Below are positions 12,373 through 25,962 of a stretch of DNA of 64,000 nt, in pieces. The notes beneath the pieces are model-generated. The model was not told the origin of the DNA, did no database searches, and was given only the letters and a program-made list of their open reading frames with translations. Position 1 is the stretch's first letter. Each line of letters starts with the position of its first letter. Origin of the DNA: Octopus vulgaris. Its lineage: Eukaryota. Made by a program: the position numbers and the translations under genes. Where the stretch lies: assembly GCA_951406725.2 (NCBI GenBank), contig OX597831.1:7068001-7132000 (forward strand), in the 5' to 3' direction.

Positions 12373-13078
12373 CACTACAAGGAGTACAAAGTACATAGGA
12401 CACAAGAGAAATGAGTGATGACTAAAAGAATTCTGTTGTTAAGGAAGTTGATATCATGATAATTCTGATTAAGATTAATGAATAATGAAATATAGAAATG
12501 TGGCATTATGATGTCACAAATAAAACAAATGTTTTGCATTGAGCCCTGGTTTTATGAGTTAGAGATGAAAGAAGAAAATACACTTCTATGATTATCACAA
12601 GTTTGGAAAATACTACTTTATGTTTTCTGAACATATTCAATAAAATAAAAAAAATGTCTGATGTTATTAAAAGTGGTTATTTCCCTAAAGTGAGTTGAAT
12701 AATATCATCGAAGCACAAAAATACACTCGAATATTCAGAGAGGAAAATGAGGGAAAAAAACTGAATTATTAATTACTGAAAAGAGAGATATTGTTTTTTA
12801 ACGTAGTCTTTAATTATAATGTAATTAAAATTAATTTTTTGCACTATCAATTATTTATGTTCACATGCACAAACACTTGTTTACACACTTATTGCTGACC
12901 CCCCTCCCCCCACCACGACCACCACCATCAACAGTATCATCACCAGACAAACATCAAGGTAAACAACAAAACAGAGAAATCATAAAAAAAAAAAAGATAA
13001 AAATAGATGTGAATGGTTAAAGCTATATCGTAAAGTAATTAGCAGTAATTATTAAAAAATTAAAAACTAAATAATTAC

Positions 13079-13101
13079 CTAAAGTTCCAGTATTGAAGTA
13101 T
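13079..13101 (-). CDS. Candidate 23-nt microexon
   Basis: gactgtcctctctctcattag|ATACTTCAATACTGGAACTTTAG|gtaatt. Confidence 0.3.
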
Positions 13102-13717
13102 CTAATGAGAGAGAGGACAGTCACCAACAAATGCCATTGTCATTTGAATTCAGTGGAAACTAAAAAAAGAAGGATTGTCCTGCCACTTGGAAAATAATCA
13201 GCGAAAAACACCAGAGGAATCGGAAATATTCCTCTGTTGTTGTTTCCTAATTCCTAAGCATTTTATTTCTCTATTTTCTCCCATCATTCCCCATTTGTTA
13301 TTTCTGATTACTGAGAAGATTGCTCTTTGTATGAAAATCTGCATCTTCACAAGTTACACTTGGTTATTACAAGTGCACATAGTTAGGCTTGGCAGATTTC
13401 TCATCTTTATACTTTCGTCTTCTTCGTCTTGTCTTCTTCAAACAGTTCTGCACCAGTCAAGACAGTTTGATGCCAGGGTTGTTCTCTTTTCTTTTCTTTT
13501 CTGTGAGTTGGTTTTCAACTTCTGTTCAGTCCAAGTTGACCTTTGTAATGTCGCATAGAATAGCCATGGACTATTTCACCAGTGTAGAGTTTACTCTAAA
13601 GAATCTGATAAGCAAAACTTGACAATACTCACACAACAACACATGAAACCTATTTATATGAGTCACTGCCTGATGCTGATGCTTTGAGCTTTCTCAGAGA
13701 TTTAACATTTCCTGTAG

Positions 13718-13810
13718 TCATCATCATCATCATCATCCACCTTCCATGCTAGCATGAGTTTAATGATTTTGACTGAGGGCTGGCGAACCAGATGGCCGCA
13801 CCAGGCTCCA
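13718..13810 (-). mobile_element. Short RTE-LINE 3'-end repeat fragment
   Basis: (CAT)n...TTCCATGCTAGCATG...GAGGGCTGGCGAACCAGATGG. Confidence 0.75.
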
Positions 13811-13819
13811 GAATAATCA

Positions 13820-14150
13820 GTGTTTCTCCTGGTGAAAGCACTCAAGTTTCTTGATCACTAAACAGTAAGGTTGAGACGAAGACAACTTGACAATGTTTGA
13901 AGTCTTTCTTTCTGAAGACATGGAAGAGTTGTCTCCCAAAGGCATCATGGTGAGTGCAAATTCTGTTTTCCACATCCTTCTCAGACTTGTATAGAAAGGA
14001 GTCTTCAAGGTAAGGGAATTGATATTCCTATTCCAGAGGATGCGCTTAAAATGGTGAAGTTTAAATCTGGAAAGGTTGTTCTTGGAGCAGTTGATTCCGA
14101 ATATTGGCTTACTTGATTCCACTGGTCTGACCTAAGCAATCACATGCCAA
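13820..14150 (-). mobile_element. Decayed RTE (BovB-like) ORF fragment
   Basis: Frameshifted translation QFPYLEDSF..KSEKDVENRI...AFGR...VSTLLFSDQET, resembling RTE 'FxYLGS...DVxxRI...LLYGxETW'. Confidence 0.6.
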
Positions 14151-14224
14151 ATTGTTAACCAACTGCTGCATCTCAAGTGTATGAGACTTGTTATATACCA
14201 AATCAAATTTGGTGCCAGCATCTG

Positions 14225-14427
14225 TATGTGTGTATGTGTGTGTACATAGATGCATATTTACAAACACATAAGGCAGGCTTCTGTGCAGTTTCCATTTACC
14301 ACGTTTTATATACAAACCATGAGTCAAACTTGAGGCTAGGGTAGAAAATACTTGGCCAAGGTGTCACACAATGGAATTGAACCTGAAACCAGGTGAATGC
14401 AAAGCAAACCTCTTAACTACACAGCCA
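14225..14427 (-). mobile_element. tRNA-derived CORE-like SINE family B, partial and diverged
   Basis: Similar to the 5' half of 31351-31727. Confidence 0.65.
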
Positions 14428-15016
14428 GGGCCTTATCATTATTAAGTAACAGCAATATCCTATAACTGATGAAGCTTTCATGAGCTTTGATGCTGAGGTT
14501 CGTTCATGTAGTGTGGTGGAAAATAAGACAATGTTCTAATGCATTACTAGAGGGTGGGCGAGTCAGGACTCGCATCTTTAAATTAAAGCTTTAGAAATGT
14601 ATTTAAATGAACCCTCTTCATATTTACATTTGAAAATTTCTTTCTCCATGTCAACGTGGCAGGGTAATATTTTACAGAAAAACCCAGCAAATGATTTTGT
14701 TTCCAGTATGACAAGTGCGGAGTGGGGATCAATTTATGTGTGCAATAACTTGTTACACTGAAGCACAAAACTAATTTGGTATGCAACCATTTTCTTAGCC
14801 AAATTGCTTATAGTCCAGTTGTAATGAAATTGATTAAATGCTTTAATACAGCATCTCTATTGAACACATGACATCATGCTCGCTCTCTCTCTCTCTCTCT
14901 CTAGCTCTGCTGCAAGTCTGCATTATCATCTAAGATAATAAGCTAAATCATTATAATGAAAACAGGTCTGTACTATTAGCTTTGTCTATCCCACTCCTCC
15001 AACATCAACTGCTTCA

Positions 15017-15350
15017 TTCATCATCATCATCGTTTAACGTCCGTTTTCCATGCTAGCATGGGTTGGACGGTTTGACCAGGGTCTGAGAAGCCAGGAGGCT
15101 GCATCAGGCTCCAGTCTGATCTGGCAGTGTTTCTACAGCTGGATGCCCTTCCTAATGCCAACCACTCCGTGAGTGTAGTGGGTGCTTTTTACGTGCCAGG
15201 CGAGGCTGGCGACGGCTACGATCGGTTGGTGCTTTTTATGTGCCAGTCGAGGCGGCGCTGGCAATGGCCATGTTCGGATGGATCTTTTTACGTGCCACAG
15301 GCACTGGTATCACAACTATAATTTCCATTGATTTTTTGATCGATTTCGAT
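15017..15350 (-). mobile_element. RTE-LINE 3'-end repeat
   Basis: (CAT)n head plus conserved CTACAGCTGGATGCCCTTCCTAATGCCAACCAC. Confidence 0.85.
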
Positions 15351-15604
15351 TGCCTAACAAGACTAATAATAATAATAATGTGTGTGTTTCATTGATGGCT
15401 GTGGTAAATTTTATATGTCAGTGTGATGACCAAAGGTTCCAATCCACATACCTGCTTCTAGCCAAAAGAGTTGATTCATAAATATCTACTGTTAGCAAAC
15501 TGCAACATGAATCTAAAACTCCTTTACAAGTAGAAAACAGCATGGTCCACCATCAGACAGAAGTCTGTCTAAACTATGGGAACACAAAAACATGCAACTC
15601 ATCT

Positions 15605-16060
15605 GTGGTGGTCAAGTGGCAGAATCGGAAGCAGACTGAGCGAAATGCTTAGCAACATTTTTCATCTGTCCTTACATTGTGAGTTCAAATTCCACCATGG
15701 TCGACTTTGCCTTTCACCCTTTCAGGGTTGATAAAAATAAGTACCAATTGCATACTGGGGCTGATGTTACCGACTCGCTCTTCCCATAAAAATTGCTGGC
15801 CTTGTGCCAAAATTTGAAACCATTATTGTTGTTATTATTATTATTAAGACAGTAAACTGGCAGAATTGTCAGCACATCAGGCAAAATGCTTAGCAACATT
15901 TCGTCCATCTTTATGTTCTGAGTTCAAATTCCACCATGACTGACTTTGCCTCTTGTCCTTTCGGGAACAATAAAATAGGTACCAGTGGATTACTGGGGTT
16001 GATGTACTCAACTTATGTCCTCCCCCCCAAAATTCAGGCCTTGTGCCTAAAGCAGAAAGG
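15605..16060 (+). mobile_element. SINE family A, two tandem diverged copies
   Basis: GAGTTCAAATTCCACCATG..GACTTTGCCT occurs twice. Confidence 0.8.
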
Positions 16061-16082
16061 ATTATCATTATATTTAAAGTTA

Positions 16083-16287
16083 CTCTTTTATTCGTTTCAG
16101 TCATTTGACTGTGGCCATGCTGGAGCACCACCTTTAGTCGAGCAAATCGACCCCAGGACTTATTCTTTGTAAGCCTAGTACTTATTCTATCGGTCTTTTT
16201 TGCCGAACCACTAAGTTACAGGGACGTAAACACACCAGCATCGGTTGTCAAGCGATGTTGTGGGGCAGGGCAAACACAGACACACAA

Positions 16288-16347
<60 letters not shown>

Positions 16348-16497
16348 GACGGGCTTCTTTCAGTTTCCATCTACCAAATCCACTCACAAGGCTTTGGTCA
16401 ACCCGAGGCTATAGTAGAAGACACATGTCCAAGGTGCCACGCAGAGGGACTGAACCCGGAACCATGTGGTTCGTAAGCAAGCTACTTACCACACAGC
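16083..16497 (-). mobile_element. SINE family B with internal (TA)n
   Basis: Reverse complement of 31351-31727; (TA)n at about 16296-16337. Confidence 0.85.
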
Positions 16498-17747
16498 TGC
16501 ATTAACACAAATGCACTTGGAATATATAACATCGATGTACATGTTTCTCAGTTAAATATTCTTCCAACAATTGTTATAGTCACTCAAATGCTTCATCAAT
16601 AAGGGATATCAATGTCTTCCTATCAGTCGTCTTTCATCAAACTCCACGTAATTTGCTGCACAGATGATTCAGCTGAGTGTAAACATTTCCATTCCTCCAT
16701 GTTTCTCTCTTTCTTTCTCTGATTTGACATATCAATATCTCATTAAAAGTTGTCAATGGTAATCTATAACCATGCTGACATTTACAGCAATAGAAGAGCA
16801 ATCACATTGTTCTGAGAGAGCAGCAACAGCAGGAAGTAAGAAAATGAAATAAGGAAATGAAGACGAGAGGGAAACACCAAGAAATAGATTTATTACTACA
16901 ACATCAGCGATTAAGTTGGTATATGCAAAATGTAATTTCAATGTAACTATGTCTCATAAACCAAAAGAGTCTTTAAAGGCTGGTGTTTAGCATTGTTGTA
17001 TCAAGTAATATTCTCAGATGATCTTCTATCTATTTTGGAACAGCCAACTGAGGTAGAACAACAAAGTTTTGTTCAGAAATACAGTAATAAAACATTTGGA
17101 GTGGATTTGAACCCATGATCTCTGTGTAGGTAAGCCAAAACATCATGTGTTTGTACTAGATTATTCATTCCCTAAATATTTGTAAATTTAAAGTCAGACT
17201 TATAAGGAAAAGAAAAAGAAAGAAAGAAAGAAATTCAGTTTTTTTTTCTTTGCATTTGTGGGTTGCTAGAATTTACAGAAGCATTTGAAAATTGAAGAAG
17301 TTGTTGCAGGAAAAAGACTTCAAATAATTTTCAACATTAGACAACTATAAGGAACTGAAAAAAACTGCCTTCAATACAAGGGACTCTTGGAGTCTTGAAA
17401 TATAAATGCAACATCTGCTTTGCAGGACTGAGTATGTTATTTGTATGAGTAACATTCCTTCTGTGCATATATGGAGGGTTGAACCCATAAACTGAACTAG
17501 AAACTATAGCCTCCAAAGAGACTTAGCAGAGAACTACCACTGAGATTAACACACAGAAAAACACTGTTTATCATGGCCGAGGCAAGTGTGGAGGCTAATT
17601 GTGGGTGGAAAGTGAGGCAGAAGAAAACGAAACTACTAACATGAAGCAGAAAAGTAACACAAACAGAAGCCTTTTATTGCTTAAGGTGAGACAGTGTCAC
17701 GTGACAACTTGCTGGGGCTGCCTGCTGGAGCCTAGCGGCAGGTATTT

Positions 17748-18015
17748 AAAGGGAAAAATTTGACAAGACAGTCAGACACTGGCTGACACTCACTGATGAT
17801 ACATCAAAGAGGCCAGGGAACAGAAGAAAGAAGATATGCACCCAACACCAGAGCTGAAGACACCTCCGAAAGGGAGGGGGGAGGCGCCACATCAAAACGG
17901 TAGAGGAGTAGGGGTCGAAATCAGACATGGTTCCTCCTGATGATGTCTTGATCTAACTGGATCCTATAAAGGAGCTGTTGTGGTAGCAGACCACGAAACA
18001 CGGTTGTAATTCCTT
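17748..18015 (+). repeat. About 265-bp interspersed repeat (possible Penelope-like terminal repeat); inverted copy at 33065-33329
   Basis: Clear alignment to the reverse complement of 33065-33329; CTGATGA/CTGAAGA...GAAAC motifs. Confidence 0.8.
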
Positions 18016-18119
18016 CCATGTCGCTCTTCACTGATTCTTTCTATTGATACACTTTTAAGGAAACAGAAATATTCAGACAATAGGATTGATGACCTACATT
18101 ATAATAGCAATAATAATAA

Positions 18120-18690
18120 TCTTTTCTGTCTGAAATTTTGGGGGAGATGGGGGGGGGCCAGTCGACTACAGTATGCAACTGGTACTTATTATACTGAACC
18201 TGAAAGGATGAAAGACAAAGTCGACCGCAGTGGCATTTGAACTCAGAACATAAAAGCCGAAGAAATGCTGCTTAGCATTTTGTTTGGCTTGCTAACGATT
18301 CTCACAGCTTTCCACCTTAATTATAATAATAATAATAATAATAATAATAATTATTATTATTATTATTATTACTATTATTATTGTTTCTGATTTAGGAACA
18401 AAGTTAGCAATTAATGGGGAAAGTTAATTGATAATATTAACCGCAGAATGTCTGGTCCTTTACTGAGCTCCAAAAACAATGAAAGGTAAATAATAACCCT
18501 TTCTGCTGTAGGCACAAGGCCTGAAATTTGGGAGAGGGGGGGGGGCTAGTAGATTACATTAACCTGCATCCCCAGTGCTCACCCGGGACCTATTTCATTG
18601 ACCCCCCACAAAAGGATGAAAGGCAAAGTCAACCTTGGCAGAATTTGAATCTCAGAACATAAACAAAATGCTGCTAAGCACTTTGCCAAC
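18120..18690 (-). mobile_element. SINE family A cluster (at least 2 copies) with (AAT)n/(ATT)n
   Basis: GAAAGGATGAAAG(A/G)CAAAGTC...TTTGAA.CTCAGAAC near 18200 and 18613. Confidence 0.75.
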
Positions 18691-18789
18691 CAATTGGTTG
18701 AGCAACTCTTTTCTGGATGCAGTCTGGTGTGTGTGTGTGTGTGTGTGTGTGTGTAGCAGCACTGTCCCAGATGTGAGAGTAATTCTCCA

Positions 18790-19450
18790 TTGTGGGTCTT
18801 GTCTGAGTTTTGGAGAGAATCAATAATTGTCGAGGGCTTAAGCATTTTTTCCTGGCCATGAAGAAAAGGAGCAGCAGTCATTGGGATGCTGTCCTAGCTA
18901 GGTTAGTGATAACGAGACTAAACAACCAACACAGTTCTGAGGACTTTGACCAAGTGCCACTCGAGAGGCTGTGGTGCAATGAGCTTTTTCTTTATATAAA
19001 TAGTGTGTGTGAGTTTCAAAATGCAAGTTTTCTATATTCCCGTCGGATGATACTTTCAAGGCATTTGTTTATGGAATCACTGAGGGTGTTGTTGTTGCTG
19101 GGTGTGGCAGCAAGTCAGTCATTGATGCATAGTTCAGGGTATACACTGGGTCACACTTGAGTCAATAAAATGAGGGACAGAAAGAGCTTCATCAGTGCAT
19201 GTAGATAGGAAGCTATTGATGCAGGAGATGAGAGATGGGTGAACCCCATGGACAGGAAGCTTTCATAGGAGACACAATCAGGAGCTTTGCTGATGTTGAG
19301 AGCAACAACATGGTTTTCATAAAATTTCTTAAAGGCAAGAACTTGCTACTGGATGTTGGAGGAGAGTAGGTCATCTTTGGATTTGGTCTTTGGTGGTAAT
19401 TAAGGAGTTGCATAAACTGTAATGGTGGGCATTTAGTATTCTCTTGCAGC
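18790..19450 (-). mobile_element. Decayed L2/Jockey-like RT fragment
   Basis: VVALNISKAPD and HFIDSSVTQ resemble the RT motifs 'VALDISKAFD' and 'INSGVPQ'. Confidence 0.5.
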
Positions 19451-20810
19451 AAAATGACTTACTCCACTAAGCAAGCAAACATTTTATGCCTGTTTTAGAC
19501 ATGTTGAGGGAGAATAGCTACCATTTCAAACTTCCCGATGGAAAACATTCCGCATCCTACAAAATGCAACGTCCAAAATGTTCATAAGAGCCCCAACATG
19601 AGAAAATATATGGAAAACGGTAAAACATTTCAATGCATAATCCCAAAGAGGTAAACCTGTTTAGGTTCAAAATCAGAGATCTATTTAGGAATCTCAAAAA
19701 GACCTTTGTTTAACAAGGAAAAAAAGAATTAAACATTTTGGATATATAATCACTTCTTAGCCTATTTCTTAGCTGATATTGATTAGCATGGCATATTGTA
19801 TAGATAATTTGATTGATCTTAGTTAAATATAATTAAGGAAATCAATATGAACTGGTGGAATATCACTAACCATGATCAATGACAAACAAAACGTTGAGTC
19901 TATAATCAATTACAAAGGAGGCAAATGTTAGTTTTGAAAACAGAAGACCATATTTGACACAAAGAGTGATTGCAATGAAAAGCATCAATAATATCAATAA
20001 AAACTGATATCCATGTATATATGTGTATGTATATGCGGGTGTGAAGTACGTTTGGAGTTTATTAAATCAGTTGTTTTCTTTCAGTTTATCAAAAACATAC
20101 AAATCTAATCTAAGCTGAGCTAAATAAAAATTTTATTGTATTTTTATTAGCAACTGGTAAAACATGTCCATAAACTCACTCCTTCTTTACATCATGAAAA
20201 AATAGTGTTTGCTAAAGAAATAACAAACAACATGTTGTTTGGCTCTCATAAAACTGTAACTATTTGTGTAGTCTACAGTTTCTAAGCAAAATTTAGTAAA
20301 AATGGTATTGTCTATTAGATTAAACAATCTCTCTCCCCTTCCTTAATCATGTCTACATTTTTGGCTTGAGATAAGCATGATTGAAGAAAATACATTCCAA
20401 TAGTGACCATTCCATTGTTTGGTGGGTACTCAAAAGCTACATTGTCTAATGTATCCTTCCCTTTTTTCTAAGAAGGTGTAGTGTGATATGAGTGAGATTT
20501 AGCTGCTATTTCTAGACAAGTGATTATGGAGAGGTTCCCTTCCTGACTCAACCCATCTTCTTATATTGATCTCATCTACTCAAGCACTCACGACTGTCAT
20601 TAAAAGGTCAGCATTGGACATTTTTATCTCACATTTTATGTGAAGTGTCATCTAGCAAATAACTTTCTGTTTTTCCCTTCCAGGAACTTTATCATTTTCT
20701 TTCCGGTGAAACATTCTCCAATCTCACCATTCTTTTAAAAGCAAAACTTCTTTCATCAGTTTTAGTCAGATGTTATCAGTAAAAGGTGTCTTTCACCTTT
20801 GCTGCACGTG

Positions 20811-20844
<34 letters not shown>

Positions 20845-21284
20845 GTATGTCAGAAGCATAATATTTAACTGATGATAATTCAACTCAGGTCATTCATGTT
20901 AAAAGACCAGCATTTACTGGAGATAGAAAATAAAAAAGAAACTGAATGTGATCTGTTCCGTGTGAATTGTGATATTGAAGAATAAACTCTGTAAGGATAA
21001 GCAAAGAGGTTAATTGATATTCAAAAGTAGACTTTAAGAAGAAACCATCTGATTGGCTGGAAAGAGATTCCAGTGAAGGACGTCTACTCTCTCCAGGAAT
21101 ATTTCTATCATCTACTTTATAGAAACTGGTTAGGAGAAATAATTGCTAGTGGTGAAAATATCGATCTAATTTACAATTTTTAAAACTAAAATTGTTACTT
21201 ACAAGTTGCATTAAGGTTTTTAACATTTAAAAAAAAATTTATTACTTAAGTTAAAATCATAGTTCTAATTTACTTATTGGCTCA

Positions 21285-21655
21285 TCATCTTCCTCATCAT
21301 CGTTTAACGTCCGTTTTCCATGCTAGCATGGGTTGGACGGTTCAACTGGGGTTTGGTAAACCATGGAGGCTGCACCAGACTCCAGTCTGATTTGGCAGTG
21401 TTTCTACAGCTGGATACCCTTCCTAACGCCAACCACTCTGTGAGTGTAGTGGGTGATTTTACGTGCCACCGATACAGGAGCCAGAGGAGGCTGGCAAATG
21501 GCCACAATCGGTTGGTGCTTTTACGTGTCACCGACACGGATGCCAGTCAGGCGGCGCTGGCATCTGCCACATTCAGACAGTGCTTTTTACATGTCACTGG
21601 CACTACAATTTCCATTTGATTTTTATTTTGATGTTGGTGTTGATGTACTTGACTC
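21285..21655 (-). mobile_element. RTE-LINE 3'-end repeat
   Basis: Conserved tail and three internal units. Confidence 0.85.
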
Positions 21656-21879
21656 AGATATGGTAAAATTAAAATATCCAAGGAGAGTATTGTAGTTCAC
21701 TTGAAGCATTGTGTATTGCTTATAAAGTATAGTGTGTCTTGAATGGCACGACAATGTAGAGTGTGGACTATAATAACTGTTATAATTTAATTATCCATAG
21801 TCTGATATAATATTTCGCTATACAAAAATTCCTTCTTCAGATATCACTAATCAGAGAAATTTCACCAAAACTAAAAGGC

Positions 21880-21991
21880 TTACCAAACCCCAGTTGAACC
21901 GTCCAACCCATGCTAGCATGGAAAACGGACGTTAAATGATGATGATGAGGATGATATGAGCCAATAAGTAGATTAGAACTATGATTTTAAC
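21880..21991. repeat. Inverted duplicate of 21250-21359 (unique flank plus retroposon tail)
   Basis: GTTAAAATCATAGTTCTAAT.TACTTATTGGCTCAT...GGGGTTTGGTAA is present as its reverse complement. Confidence 0.9.
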
Positions 21992-22562
21992 ATAGACATT
22001 TTGTTCAGGTATACAACTTGTTAAATTTATTAATTTGAAGACAGCATAATTAGGTGGATTTATAAACTCATTCTCATCAATGATGAGATGAGCTTAAAGC
22101 GAATTTTAAGATTCAACTTCAAAAAGATCCTCTCATTCAATGGAAATGTCTGGAAGAAATTATTACATTTGTCAATCTGGTAGCAACACTATTTGTTTGC
22201 CGAATGAGACTGGTTATTTTTATCTCCAGTTTTACTCTTCTTATAAATCCTCTTCAATTTGGCATTGTTCACAAAAGCTCTCAGTTTTTCTGTTTTTTTA
22301 TCAATCTAGAGACTTCCATCCCTAATCTAGTTAGCTATTTATGCCAAGTATAACAAAAGGCCTCAAGAGTTTGGTCATGAAAATATAATTCAGTTCACAC
22401 CAGAGAATACAGCTTTGAAACAATCACCAGCCACAAAAATTGGGCGTAAAAGAGTTGATGGTTTACAAAAATTGTTTATAATTTTCAGCAAATTCATTAA
22501 TAAGTAACTTGATATTGAAGTTGTTCCAAACCAGTGTTTTTCTCTCTCTCTCTCTCTCTCCC

Positions 22563-22596
<34 letters not shown>

Positions 22597-24455
22597 ACTC
22601 ACACCTCTGTTTCTAATAGTTACTATACAAGCAGCAGAGAACCACAAAGTCATTACGTAAATCCTAGTAATTTGTCTCCGGAACATGTCCTTTACAATTG
22701 GTCACATGTTACTTTAAAGTGTCAAAGTGAGAAGAAAAGTTGTCAGCTCTAATCAACAGGTATTGATTTATAATTATTGGAAATGATAACTGCTATTACA
22801 TATTGGAAATGATAACTGGTAATTAATTTTAAATGTTCAGTATATAACTGGAGACAATACTAAGGTTTCTGATTGACATATGTATTAAAAAGAAAATCTA
22901 TAGTGTGAATGTGTGTATGTGCATATATATATATATATTTATATATATATATATATAAAAGGGAGAGAGAGAGACAGATTTTGTTACAAAGTTTTACTTT
23001 TAAAATATATACTTGATTGAATTATATGTTAGAATAAAAACAGATTATATGTATATATTATTCTAAGCAAATGTTGAAATTTTGACTTTATTTCCAAATG
23101 GAATAAAGCAAGTATGAATGAGTGTGTGTGTGTGTGTGTGTGTGTAGTTATGTTTCCATTAACAAAAAACTCGTTCTCAACTCTCAGTAAATCTCATACA
23201 ACCTTCAATGTTGCTGTTAAAATCTGTTCAGAAACACAAGTGAAAACAGTTAAAAATTATGCAAGATAAATGATAGATGCATTAGAATCTGTATAACTAT
23301 TGGAGCTTTATGAGGTTATTGTTAAAAAAAACAAAATTCAAACAAACCTAAAACACTATTGAGACAAAAAAAATTGTCCAGTTGTATTTAATGGCTTATT
23401 TCGTGAAGACTCATGATGCCGTTATTCTAGATTGTTCAAGAGATATTGGGTTTAAGGCAAAGTAGTAAAAGTACAAGCATGGTGGTGATATGTTAAGCTG
23501 TTGTGTCTTAGTAGGCCACCGATTGTCTATTGATTGTTACTCAGCTTTAACATCACTGATCCCATGAATCAGGCTGCTGGTGCAGCAATGATCCAGTTAC
23601 CTTAGTAGTAACTCACAGTAATGGAAGAGGAGAAAATAGGTTGCTGAGAACTTGACAGCTTTTTCTTTTTTTTTTTTGTTATTTTTTTGTTTTTACCCAG
23701 TAAGAAGTTAGCAGCCAGGAGAGCTATGGAAATAAGACTTTAATCAATTGTTCTGTCTGGGTAAAACATTTTCAATATCAAGTTATTATTATTATTATTA
23801 TTATTAAGTAAACTTCAAATGCTTTAGCATGTTAACTAATATCATATAACTTAGAATTTTAGACCAGCAGTTTGTTGGTTTTATCAATATCTAAGATTAA
23901 TTATAGTTTAACAATTTACAAAACCTATGAAATCACATTTTTTTTCCAATACATTTCAGAGAAAATGGACATAAAAATATTATATAATTCAACTTTTAGA
24001 GATGATTTAAAATCAAAACTTCAAAATAGAGAGAATAAAGTATTTACCAATAGAATAAATAAATCCTTTACTCTTACAGACATAATCATAGTCAAGAATG
24101 GAGACTGGAATTAAGGCAATGGAAACCAAAAGCAACGAGTCTGAGAACACTAGAAATGCTATGGGTTTTTGTTTTTTGCTTTATTTAAACAAAATTTGAA
24201 AATATGATTTAAAATAGATGAAAAAAATAGTGGGGGACAGGTTTTATTGAAAGAAACATAACAGTTTTAGTAAATAGCCTTAAAGATTTAAGATAAAGCA
24301 TCTTGAATGAAGAATCTTAATAGTTGAAGACAAAAGAGCTTTGGAAGGTAAACTGTTGAAGATGAGAGAGAGAGAGAGAGGTGAGTGTGAATGGCAGACA
24401 GTGATTCTAGTCGTCCTTTTCTGGTTCTTTATACAGACATAGACATAAAAAAGAT

Positions 24456-24716
24456 CATTATCATCATTTAACATCCGCTTTCCATGCTAGCATGGGTTGG
24501 ACGATTTGACTGAGGTCTGGCGAACTAGACTCCAATCTGATCTCGCAGAGTTTCTACAGCTGGATGCCCTTCCTAACGCCAACCACTCCGAGAGTGTAGT
24601 GGGTGCTTTTACGTGCCACCAGCATGAGGGCCAGTTTGGTGGAACTGGCAACGGCCATGCCCAAATGGTGTTTTTTATGTGCCACCTGCACAGGAGCCAG
24701 TTCAGCGGCACTGGTG
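24456..24716 (-). mobile_element. RTE-LINE 3'-end repeat
   Basis: Conserved tail sequence. Confidence 0.85.
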
Positions 24717-25962
24717 GAATGCATTTAGTCATCAATGTTTATTGATAATATTTGAGATTGTAAGTGACTTTTATTATAACAAGATGTGTTTGGAAAACTA
24801 GTCATATTAGATTATCGTCTTGCACTGTTTTGGCCAGATTTAATGCCATTGTTGGAATTAGCTGTTCAGTCGATATCTTATGGATTAGTGATTTTACTTC
24901 CAGTAGACTGCATCCAAATCACACAAGTTTCCTCCCACGTGAACTCAACATTAAATGTTAAATCCTCATCTAATGTTCTTAAATGAACCATTGTCATTTT
25001 TTCAAGTCATTAACCACAACTTTAGAGGTGTTTATTTACGTTTTGATCAGTTTTCATCTTGGAATCATCATTAGTTGTTATGTTCTGAAACATGTCCATT
25101 ATACGAGGCTATATTCATCTAGGAACCTTATACAGAAGGGTCAAAACAGAACGGTTAACAAGATGTTGCCCTTCATTCAGAATAAACACCTTTTGCATCA
25201 CACCCTTAAAAATCATCCCTTGCTGCTTTATGTTCTGAGTTCAAACCCTGCCCAAGTCTACTTTCTCTTTTGTCTTTTAGAAACTGATAAAACACTGGTT
25301 GTGAGTCAACCCTAAAAAGGTAATGCTCTAGCATGGCCACAAGCGGTTTAATGACTGAAACTAATACAGAAATAAATCTAAATTAAAAGTCCTTCCTTGG
25401 AACCCTGCCTGACAATAGGCTTTTCCTCTTTGCCTTTAGTTTATCCTAAAACCACAAAACATTTAAATTGATAAATAAATTATCACAAAGCATTAATTCA
25501 GCATCTTTTGTTGATTATACTAAATGCCTGGCAAGTCAGTGAAAATCACAAAATGTTCTCAAATATGAAATATTATAGAATAAACTAATATTTAGTCAAT
25601 GAATTTTAAACCCAATGTTCCCCCAAGCCCCCCCACCATTACCACACCACTTCTTGTCACTCACACACCCTCTTACAGAATGCCTGAGTTTTCATTAGAA
25701 ATTTAATTATAATGGCTTCTGTGGAAGAAATGCTATTTGATTCTGAAAATGCTTTTAAATTTGTAGTGTATTCTTCGATAAAGATATTGTAGTACTTAAG
25801 ATTTAAGTCTAGCAGTTATGTAACAGATTGAAATGCAGAGAAAAGAATGGCATAGAATTTTTTTCTTGTCACAAGTGGCAGCAGCAGCAGCAGCAGCAGC
25901 ATTGACCGATTTTTGGCTCAGAAATGGTAACGATAATGGTGGAATTGGTAAACAATAAATGG

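Noticed and set aside
17688-17710. TGAGACAGTGT resembling the 5' part of lophotrochozoan miR-1994
   Set aside because: Only about 11 nt match from memory and no surrounding hairpin
18323-18382. (AAT)n(ATT)n palindrome
   Set aside because: Simple-repeat juxtaposition next to SINE ends
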